This document shows, piece by piece, positions 7,244-13,901 of a stretch of DNA of 48,428 bases (position 1 is its first letter; each line of letters starts with the position of its first letter). Source of the DNA: a virus (Duplodnaviria; Heunggongvirae; Uroviricota; Caudoviricetes); IMG/VR virus record IMGVR_UViG_3300028379_000400, positions 64,001 through 112,428 of that record. The stretch is one strand, 5' to 3'. The translations under genes were made by a program, and so were the position numbers. A model generated the notes under the pieces. It was not told the DNA's origin. It made no database searches and saw nothing but the letters and a program-made list of their open reading frames with translations.

Positions 7244-7477
7244 ATGAGCGCAGCGCTACCGCGACCATCTTCCCTGCGTGTGGGGAAGTCTGGTCATCCT
7301 GCCGCACTCGGAATGCGGAGTATCGCGGGTTCGAATCCCGCCACGCAGACCATTTTTGAACCAATGCACATGGCGCCTGCAGATGCCGACTTTATCGGCA
7401 TGCGCAACCGCCTCGAGGCCGATATGTACCGCGTATTCGGCGTGCCGACACCCATGCTGCGAACCCCGACACGGTAG
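7244..7477 (+). CDS. Small ORF running in frame through tRNA-Pro; portal-like C-terminal motif (alternative start at 7364)
   Basis: GAGGAG RBS at 7231-7236; C-terminus DADFIGMRNRLEADMYRVFGVPTPML. Confidence 0.4.
   Translation: MSAALPRPSSLRVGKSGHPAALGMRSIAGSNPATQTIFEPMHMAPADADFIGMRNRLEADMYRVFGVPTPMLRTPTR
7274..7352 (+). tRNA. tRNA-Pro(CGG)
   Basis: CTGCGTG/CACGCAG acceptor, A73, CCGCA-CTCGGAA-TGCGG, GCGGG-TTCGAAT-CCCGC, CCA. Confidence 0.92.
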
Positions 7478-7483
7478 GCATTC

Positions 7484-7559
7484 GCCGCCGTAGCTCAGTT
7501 GGAAGAGCGCCGTCTTCGTAATTCGGATGCCAGGGGTTCGATTCCTCTCGGCGGCACCA
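7484..7559 (+). tRNA. tRNA-Thr(CGT) with a weakened anticodon stem
   Basis: GCCGCCG/CGGCGGC acceptor, loop TTCGTAA; U30:U40 and C31:U39 mismatches. Confidence 0.88.
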
Positions 7560-7645
7560 AAGAATACCCAGAGGCGGCCGTCACGTACGCGCCGCCGGCG
7601 ACCGGGAAGTGTAGTGGCGACGCCCGCTGTCCCGGTCGCTCGTAT

Positions 7646-7723
7646 TGCGGGCAGGCGAGCAAGGTGCACGCGGCGGCCTGTTAAGCCGAGTTTAGGCTGG
7701 TTCGATCCCAGCTCCCGCAGCCA
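7646..7723 (+). tRNA. tRNA-Asn(GTT), atypical (A8, C7:U66, G27:A43)
   Basis: TGCGGGC/TCCCGCA acceptor, G73, CGGC-CTGTTAA-GCCG, GCTGG-TTCGATC-CCAGC, CCA. Confidence 0.82.
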
Positions 7724-7739
7724 TTTTCAGAGGCAATGC

Positions 7740-8045
7740 ATGTCTCAATCTGGCCGTACAACCGCGATGATCCGCGCGTTGCCAGATGCCGGCGCTATTA
7801 TCGTGGTGCCGAGCAAGACCAGCGTCCAGCCGATCAGCGATATGATCCTCGAGCTGCGCGGTCCGGACTTCGACAAGCGCTGTGATGTCGTCGCGGTCAC
7901 CGACCATGACACGGCTCAACAGCTTCTCGGCGCCAAGCGGTGGATCGCCTTCGATCACACCTTTCGCGTCATGACACCGCGGGCATTGGCGGATGAGGTC
8001 TACGCATTGGCGCGGATCTCCAATTACCAGTTCCCGCTCCAGTAA
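7740..8045 (+). CDS. Small protein with a degenerate P-loop-like N-terminus (SQSGRTTAMI)
   Basis: GAGG RBS; fills the spacer between tRNA-Asn and tRNA-Ala exactly. Confidence 0.55.
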   Translation: MSQSGRTTAMIRALPDAGAIIVVPSKTSVQPISDMILELRGPDFDKRCDVVAVTDHDTAQQLLGAKRWIAFDHTFRVMTPRALADEVYALARISNYQFPLQ

Positions 8046-8122
8046 GGGCTCATAGCTCAGTTTGGGAGAGCACCCGCCCTGCAAGCGGGATGTCGTCGGT
8101 TCGATGCCGGCTGGGTCCACCA
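8046..8122 (+). tRNA. tRNA-Ala(TGC) with C33
   Basis: G3:U70 alanine identity pair, A73, CCCGC-CCTGCAA-GCGGG, CCA. Confidence 0.9.
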
Positions 8123-8136
8123 TTTTCGGAGGCGTT

Positions 8137-8388
8137 ATGCAGCGTCGCAACTTCATTGGCGGTGTCGCCGGCGTAGCCGCGGCCGCCTCAATCACCAAAG
8201 CGGTAGCTGAGACTGCGCCCGCATCGGCTGACATGCTCCGCATCCGCATGTCAGGACCGCAGATGGTCATTGCCGACAGCCAGGGCCGGACGGTGACCGA
8301 TATCAGCAACGGCAAGCTGCGCTTTGTGTCGCCTGAGCGCGGTTTCGTGCACGGCTTTCCAGAAGTCCGCGTTCTCGAGCGCGGATAG
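8137..8388 (+). CDS. Small protein with a twin-arginine (Tat) signal peptide
   Basis: GGAGG RBS; MQRRNFIGGVAGVAAAASITKAVA|E gives RRxF, an h-region and an AxA site. Confidence 0.65.
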   Translation: MQRRNFIGGVAGVAAAASITKAVAETAPASADMLRIRMSGPQMVIADSQGRTVTDISNGKLRFVSPERGFVHGFPEVRVLERG

Positions 8389-8389
8389 C

Positions 8390-8464
8390 GTGCCGGGAGC
8401 CAGGTGGGACGGCGGCGGATTGCAAACCCGCAAGGAGCGAGTTCGATTCTCGCCCAGCACTCCA
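8390..8464 (+). tRNA. tRNA-Cys(GCA), atypical (G8, C5:A68, A31:C39)
   Basis: U73 cysteine discriminator, loop TTGCAAA, GCGAG-TTCGATT-CTCGC, CCA. Confidence 0.85.
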
Positions 8465-8469
8465 GTTTC

Positions 8470-8539
8470 GCGGCCTCGTTGGGCGGATACAGGCCCACCA
8501 AGCCAAGTGTCGACGGTTCAACTCCGTTAGGCCGCTCCA
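8470..8539 (+). tRNA. tRNA-Gly-like RNA, anticodon ACC, truncated D arm (70 nt)
   Basis: Perfect GCGGCCT/AGGCCGC acceptor with C2:G71 and U73, intact T arm and CCA; only 3 bp of anticodon stem (GGC/GCC) around loop CCACCAA; the segment between acceptor and anticodon arm is about 6 nt short. Confidence 0.7.
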
Positions 8540-8589
8540 AATCAGCGTCGGCCGGCCTCTGCTTGCAAGCTCCGGCGCTTAGTCACTGA

Positions 8590-8666
8590 TGCGGGATAGA
8601 GCAGCCCGGTAGCTCGTCTGGTTCATACCCAGAAGGTCGGCGGTTCGAATCCGCCTCCCGCTACCA
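8590..8666 (+). tRNA. Initiator-type tRNA-fMet(CAT)
   Basis: U1:U72 mismatch, A11:U24 pair, fMet-type D arm GAGCAGCCCGGTAGCTCG; anticodon stem TCTGG/CCAGA. Confidence 0.88.
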
Positions 8667-8670
8667 GTGA

Positions 8671-8746
8671 TGACGCTTAGCTCAGTCGGTAGAGCGATCG
8701 GCTGATAACCGATAGGCCCCACGTTCGAGCCGTGGAGCGTCAACCA
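8671..8746 (+). tRNA. tRNA-Ile(GAT)
   Basis: TGACGCT/AGCGTCA acceptor, ATCGG-CTGATAA-CCGAT, CCACG-TTCGAGC-CGTGG, A73, CCA. Confidence 0.93.
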
Positions 8747-8953
8747 GTTCAAGCGGGGGCTGCCATTCGTGGCGTAAGTCCCCCTGACAAGCGCCGGTAC
8801 ACTCCCCGGCTAGGCCTGTCCGCGCTACCGCTTCCCCCGGACGAAGCCGAACCATGAGAACGGCGCGCACGGCTCCGCAATAGCGGGCTAGAAGCGCGAG
8901 AATTCGCCCGATCGGGCATTTCCATCGGCGCCCGGCGCGGCAGAGAACAAACC

Positions 8954-9181
8954 ATGAATCTGGTGTTCGATGTCGTCACGCGTGCGCTGCTGGTTTTCGC
9001 AGGCATGGCCTTCGGGTCGGCAATCATGGTGGCCGGCGCGGTCTTCTTGGTGATCTGCGCCATGTGCAGCGGCGACTCGTGGGGCGGCGTCTTGCCGCCG
9101 GCCAACGTCGGTAAGCGAATCGGCTTCGGCATCTGGTTGGCCGGCATCGCTCTCATTCTTTTCTGCGGCTCTCAGCTTTAG
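8954..9181 (+). CDS. Small 2-TM membrane protein
   Basis: Two hydrophobic stretches; AGAG purine tract upstream. Confidence 0.55.
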   Translation: MNLVFDVVTRALLVFAGMAFGSAIMVAGAVFLVICAMCSGDSWGGVLPPANVGKRIGFGIWLAGIALILFCGSQL

Positions 9182-9274
9182 CCGCCTCCTTTCCGCGACC
9201 CCGGCCGCGGTGATGAGACTTAACGCGCCGATCGCTCGGCCTCTGCCGGTTCAAGTTGAACGAAGGAGGCCTTG

Positions 9275-9682
9275 ATGGCCGATGTGACTCAGACGGCGGC
9301 GAACGTCATCGCCGGCGTTGATGCCGTCATTGACGATGGCTACTGCGGCGAGACCCTTGTCCAGGGCAATGTCGTCTATCAGGACGCCACGACCAAGCAG
9401 TGGAAGAAGGGCGATGCCAATGGCGCCGCTGCGCTGCAGGTCGCCAAGGGCATTGCGCTGACCGGCGGTGCTGTGAACCAGCCCTGTCGGATCGCGCGCA
9501 GCGGCACGATCAACGTCGGCGGCACGCTCGTTCCGGGCACCACGTATTGCCTCTCGGCGACAGCCGGCGGCATTTGCCCGCAGGCCGATCTCGTCACCGG
9601 TTGCGCGGTGGCGATCCTTGGCGTCGCCAAGTCAGCATCCCTGCTGGTGCTGAATATCCAGAATCCGGGCGTCGTCCTCTAG
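9275..9682 (+). CDS. Putative capsid decoration/cement protein (DUF2190-like beta fold)
   Basis: AAGGAGG RBS; GETLVQGNVVY...ADA...AKGIALTGG...G pattern of phage cement proteins. Confidence 0.55.
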   Translation: MADVTQTAANVIAGVDAVIDDGYCGETLVQGNVVYQDATTKQWKKGDANGAAALQVAKGIALTGGAVNQPCRIARSGTINVGGTLVPGTTYCLSATAGGICPQADLVTGCAVAILGVAKSASLLVLNIQNPGVVL

Positions 9683-9816
9683 TGGACGGCGTCCTTTTTG
9701 TTATCGCGTGCCTGATGATCGTGAAGATTCTCGCCGACCGCGACATCATTTGCGGTCTGCGTAAGGACCTTAAGGCGCGCGAAGACCTCCTCGACGAGCT
9801 GCAGGGCTTCGATTGA
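9682..9816 (+). CDS. Very small single-TM protein
   Basis: GTG overlaps the upstream TAG; VLFVIACLMIVKILA followed by a charged helix. Confidence 0.4.
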   Translation: MDGVLFVIACLMIVKILADRDIICGLRKDLKAREDLLDELQGFD

Positions 9817-10004
9817 GCGACGCTCCCAACGGCATGCGGACGACGCGGTTCTTTCCGAACAGCCGCGACACCGACTTCGTGAAGAAGCAGGCGTTCCATG
9901 ATCAGCGCATGCTGGTCGTGAATCTCGACGATCCGAAGATCGGCTGGGACGAGCGCCAGCTCCTCGAGAACATCGGCGTGAAGCTCTACGGGAAGCGCTC
10001 CTGA
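9813..10004 (+). CDS. Hypothetical protein
   Basis: TTGA and TGATG overlaps at both ends. Confidence 0.55.
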   Translation: MSDAPNGMRTTRFFPNSRDTDFVKKQAFHDQRMLVVNLDDPKIGWDERQLLENIGVKLYGKRS

Positions 10005-10357
10005 TGCCGATGAAGGCCGGCCGCATCTGCTCTTGCGGCCACCAGGTCGCGAGCAATGCGAAGTGCGCCTGTCAGCTTGCCCGCGAGGCGGCTCGGCAGT
10101 CATCCAGCGATCGCGGCTACAACGCGAAATGGCAGCGTGAAAGCGCGGCGTTTCTAGCCCTACCCAGCAACCAGTTCTGCGCCTGCGGCTGCGGCCGTCC
10201 TGCGGACATGGTCGACCACATCGTCGCCCACAAGGGCAACATGAAGCTCTTCTGGGACAAGAAGAATTGGCAGCCGATGAACCGGCGCTGCAACTCCCGA
10301 AAGGCCGCCAAGTATGAGGGCGGCTTCGGCAATCCACGCCGAGAAAGTGATCTCTGA
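10004..10357 (+). CDS. Terminase-associated HNH endonuclease (HK97 gp74-like)
   Basis: RGYNAKW...CACGC...VDHIVAHKG...FWDKKNWQPM..RCNSRK; immediately upstream of terS. Confidence 0.9.
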   Translation: MPMKAGRICSCGHQVASNAKCACQLAREAARQSSSDRGYNAKWQRESAAFLALPSNQFCACGCGRPADMVDHIVAHKGNMKLFWDKKNWQPMNRRCNSRKAAKYEGGFGNPRRESDL

Positions 10358-10770
10358 TGCGAGGCGGAAAGCCAACCACCCTTCGGGTAATTCAGGGCGG
10401 TATCGTGGACGCAGTTGAGCCGCCGAAGGGCCTGCACGAGGACGCCCACAACGACTGGTACATCGTCACCAAGGATTTGGCCGATCGCCAGCTATTGACC
10501 GACGCCATGCTCGGCGTCGTCGAGATGTATTGCGTGGCGCTGTGGACGGTTCGGATCTGCCAGAAGGCGATCCAAGATCACGGGCTTTTCGTGAAAGGCG
10601 CCGGCGGCGCGCTGAAGACAAATCCAGCGTCGACCAACCTCCAGAAGGCGCAAGATACCGTGTCACGCATGAGCGTTGAGCTCGGTTTGACGCCATCCTC
10701 CCGCGCTCGTCGCGGGTTGGGCGGCCCGGCGCCGAGCGCCGAAAGCGAAGCCGACGCACAGGGCGTTTGA
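10357..10770 (+). CDS. terS: Terminase small subunit (P27 family)
   Basis: MRGGKP N-terminus, KTNPA...ELGLTPSSRAR C-terminus; expected position. Confidence 0.92.
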   Translation: MRGGKPTTLRVIQGGIVDAVEPPKGLHEDAHNDWYIVTKDLADRQLLTDAMLGVVEMYCVALWTVRICQKAIQDHGLFVKGAGGALKTNPASTNLQKAQDTVSRMSVELGLTPSSRARRGLGGPAPSAESEADAQGV

Positions 10771-12480
10771 TTGTCATCGACATATCCGTCGTGGATCTTC
10801 GACGACAGCCCTATTGATGACCCGCTAGGCGAAGGCCAGCGCGCGGTCGATTGGTTCAATTTCCTGCGCCACCCGGCGTCGACGCATCCCGAGAAGCGGC
10901 TGGGTCTCCCGCACTTCTGGGAGCGGATCATTCGGCGCACCTACGGGCCGCGCATGCAGAATGGCCGCCGCAAGGTGCGTCAGGTCTTCATCCTGATGCC
11001 GCGTGGCGCCCGCAAGACGACTTACATCGGCGGCGCGATCGGTCTCTACCATACGATCGGCCGCCCAAAACGTCCTAACGGTTCTGTGCTTCTCGGCGCA
11101 GGTTCCGCCGATCAGGCCGAATTGGCGCTCAATGAAGCCATCGGCATGGTCAAGGCCACGCCGGGGCTGATTTATCCCGACGGCTCCAAGCCGGACAAGG
11201 TCCGCATCCGCGGCGATTATCTGCAACATATCGAGGCCGGCACCAAGCTCGAGGTGATGTCGGCCGACGGCGACAACTCGCACGGCAAGACGCCGTCGGT
11301 ATCGATCTTCGACGAGCTGCACGTCTACAAAAACCGCAAGCTCTGGCGCGCCATGCGTACCGGCCTGCTGAAGATCCCGGATGGCTTGTCGATCGTCACG
11401 ACGACAGCGGGCCGCGGCCAATCGGGCCTGGCATGGGACGAATATCAATACGCTCGAAAGGTGGCGCTTGGCGAAGTCGTCAACGACTCGTACCTCCCGG
11501 TCCTTTTTGAACCCCCGGCGGGCGCCGATTGGGAAGATCCCCATGTCTGGGAACTCGTCAACCCCGGTATGGCCGAAGGATTCCCAGACGTCGAAGCGTT
11601 CGCGCTCGAGGCGCAAACGGTCCGCGACAAGCCAGCCGATCGAGACGACTTCAAGCAATACAACCTGAATTTCTGGCTCGCGCAGTCCCTGTCGCCTTTC
11701 GTCGACATGGAAATCTACGACGAGGGCAAAGAGGCGGTTGACCTCGAGTCGCACGAGACATTCCGCGACCCCTGCTGGGTTGCCATCGACCTTGGCCTCA
11801 ATCAGGACCTTTGCGCCATCGTGGCGTGCTGGCCGGACGGGGAGGGCGGTTACGACGTCTGGGCATGGTTCTTCTGCCCCGAGGACAACCTCGAAAAGCG
11901 CGCCGACCTCGACAAGTTCAACTACCCGGAGTGGGCCAAGAAGGGCTTCATCACTCCAACGCCCGGCAATGTGACCGACTACACGAAGGTCCAGGAATTC
12001 CTTGAAGAGCTCAACGGACGATTCAACGTCCAAGAGTTCGCATTCGACCCCAAGCTCGCCAGTCAGATGATGACGCAGATGAGCGAGAAGGGCCTGCCGG
12101 TCTTCGGCATGCAGCAGGGTTGGATCACGATGGCGCCGGCCATCAAGGAGCTCGAGCGCGCCATCATCTCTCGGCGCCTCCATCACGGCGGCCAGCCGGT
12201 GCTTCGCTGGAACTTCGAGAACGTCAGCGTCAAGACGGACGAAGCCGGCAACATGACGTTTCACAAGGGCCGCAGCCGCGAGCGTATCGACGGCGCGCAG
12301 GCCACTGCCATGGCGGTCGGTCGGGCATTCCTCGGCGAGCTTCTTGAGAAGGCCCAGAAGTCGTTCTGGCAGGAGAAGGACGTCGATATCGACGACCTCC
12401 TCGAAGACTCGCCGGCGGAGGAGGGTGACGAACCGTCCGAGCTTGATGCCGAAATCCGCGCCATGCTGGAGGACGATTAA
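10771..12480 (+). CDS. terL: Terminase large subunit
   Basis: Walker A variant MPRGARKTT, Walker B IFDELH, TTAG coupling motif, nuclease AIDLG...D and RIDGAQA. Confidence 0.96.
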   Translation: MSSTYPSWIFDDSPIDDPLGEGQRAVDWFNFLRHPASTHPEKRLGLPHFWERIIRRTYGPRMQNGRRKVRQVFILMPRGARKTTYIGGAIGLYHTIGRPKRPNGSVLLGAGSADQAELALNEAIGMVKATPGLIYPDGSKPDKVRIRGDYLQHIEAGTKLEVMSADGDNSHGKTPSVSIFDELHVYKNRKLWRAMRTGLLKIPDGLSIVTTTAGRGQSGLAWDEYQYARKVALGEVVNDSYLPVLFEPPAGADWEDPHVWELVNPGMAEGFPDVEAFALEAQTVRDKPADRDDFKQYNLNFWLAQSLSPFVDMEIYDEGKEAVDLESHETFRDPCWVAIDLGLNQDLCAIVACWPDGEGGYDVWAWFFCPEDNLEKRADLDKFNYPEWAKKGFITPTPGNVTDYTKVQEFLEELNGRFNVQEFAFDPKLASQMMTQMSEKGLPVFGMQQGWITMAPAIKELERAIISRRLHHGGQPVLRWNFENVSVKTDEAGNMTFHKGRSRERIDGAQATAMAVGRAFLGELLEKAQKSFWQEKDVDIDDLLEDSPAEEGDEPSELDAEIRAMLEDD

Positions 12481-13892
12481 TGGGTCTCCGCGATACGCTT
12501 GCGCGTTGGATTGGCGGCAGCGGTTACAACAATCAGGTCGAGTTCTCTGACGATCTGCTGCTTGCCCTGCAAAACGGCGGCCGCATGTCGGCCACCGGCC
12601 AGAACATCACTTGGCAGACCGCGCTCCGCGTTTCGACCGTGCTGCGTTGCAGCGCGATTATTGCCGAAGGCATCTGCTCGATTCCGTGGAAGCTCTACCG
12701 CAAAGATGGTGAGCGCAAGGTCGAAGCGATCGACCATCCGCTATGGGACCTGATCAAGTATCGGCCCAACGAGTGGCAGACCAGTTTCGAATTCCGCGAG
12801 ACGATCGGCTTCCATCTCGCCCTCTGCGGCAACGCCTATATTTGGCTCAACCGCGTCGGCAAGAAGATTGTCGAGATGGTGCCGTTCGAGCCCAACATGG
12901 TCTCGGTCTATCGGCACACCGACTGGACGCTAACGTACTACCTGTCGTTCCCGGACGGCTCCAAATTCCAGCTTCCGCAGGAAGACGTTTGGCACATCAA
13001 GAGCCACTCGTGGAACAGCTATAAGGGCCTCGACGTCCTGTCGCTGGCCCGGGATTCAATCGGCCTTTCCCTCGCGATCGAGGAAGGTCAGGCCAAGCTG
13101 CAGAAAGAGGGTGTCCGCCCCTCCGGCATCCTCACCGTCGACCAGGTGCTGGACGCCGAGCAGTTCAAGAAGTTCCGGAAGCTCGTCGACACGCAATATG
13201 CCGGCCGCGTCAACGCCGGCAAGCCGATGATCTTGGACAAGACGACGACGTGGGAGCAAACCGCTCTCTCGAGCGTCGATAGCCAAACCATCGAGACTCG
13301 AGGCTTCCAGGTCGAAGACGTCGCCCGCCAGATGGGCGTGCTGCCGATCATGCTCGGTCACTCCGGCGATAAGTCGGTGACCTACGCGTCTTCCGAGCAG
13401 ATGTTTATCGCCCACCACATCTTCACGACCCGTGTGTGGCAGCGCCGGATCACCGAGAGCGCCGACGTCCACCTGCTGACAAAGGCCGAACGCAAGGCCG
13501 GGTTCTACAACGGATTCGTCGATACCGAGCTGCTGCGCGGCGACACTCAGGCCCGCGGCGAATTCTACAAGCTGCTGTGGATGATCGGCGCCGTCACCGG
13601 CAACGAAATCCGCCGCATGGAGGACTGGGACGACATCGACGGTCTCGATCGTCCGTGGGCGCCGCTCAATGCGGCACCGATCGGCGTCGATGGCATGCCA
13701 ATGGTCAGCGACTCGCAGGCCGCGGCCGGCAACGCCGTCCTCTCGCTTCTGCGCGGGCTCGATCCCGCCAACCTGCCAACAGCCGATGAACTGCCGAAGA
13801 TGATTGCACAGGCGTTCGTCAAGAGCAGCCCGATGGCCCAGCAAATGCTGCTGGCCCATCTGCGCGACATGGGCCCCTCAGAGGCCGACTAG
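12480..13892 (+). CDS. HK97-family portal protein
   Basis: RPNEWQTSFEF, GNAY, PSGIL, IETRGFQVEDVARQMGV, TGNEIRRMED. Confidence 0.96.
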   Translation: MGLRDTLARWIGGSGYNNQVEFSDDLLLALQNGGRMSATGQNITWQTALRVSTVLRCSAIIAEGICSIPWKLYRKDGERKVEAIDHPLWDLIKYRPNEWQTSFEFRETIGFHLALCGNAYIWLNRVGKKIVEMVPFEPNMVSVYRHTDWTLTYYLSFPDGSKFQLPQEDVWHIKSHSWNSYKGLDVLSLARDSIGLSLAIEEGQAKLQKEGVRPSGILTVDQVLDAEQFKKFRKLVDTQYAGRVNAGKPMILDKTTTWEQTALSSVDSQTIETRGFQVEDVARQMGVLPIMLGHSGDKSVTYASSEQMFIAHHIFTTRVWQRRITESADVHLLTKAERKAGFYNGFVDTELLRGDTQARGEFYKLLWMIGAVTGNEIRRMEDWDDIDGLDRPWAPLNAAPIGVDGMPMVSDSQAAAGNAVLSLLRGLDPANLPTADELPKMIAQAFVKSSPMAQQMLLAHLRDMGPSEAD

Positions 13893-13901
13893 GAGCCCTT
13901 C

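Noticed and set aside
5742-7669. ORF-track calls overlapping tRNA genes (5742-6206, 6085-6312, 6423-6746, 6852-7364, 7256-7669)
   Set aside because: They are explained by the tRNA cloverleaves and have no coding signature. Only the HNH gene and the RBS-backed 7244-7477 ORF were kept.
6050-8746. Suppressor tRNAs, genetic-code reassignment or tmRNA
   Set aside because: No CTA/TTA/TCA anticodon is present, genes end normally with all three stop codons, and no tmRNA tag frame was found.
9182-10357. cos site near the HNH/terS genes
   Set aside because: Expected for this packaging type, but no sequence feature lets me place it; it needs virion end mapping.
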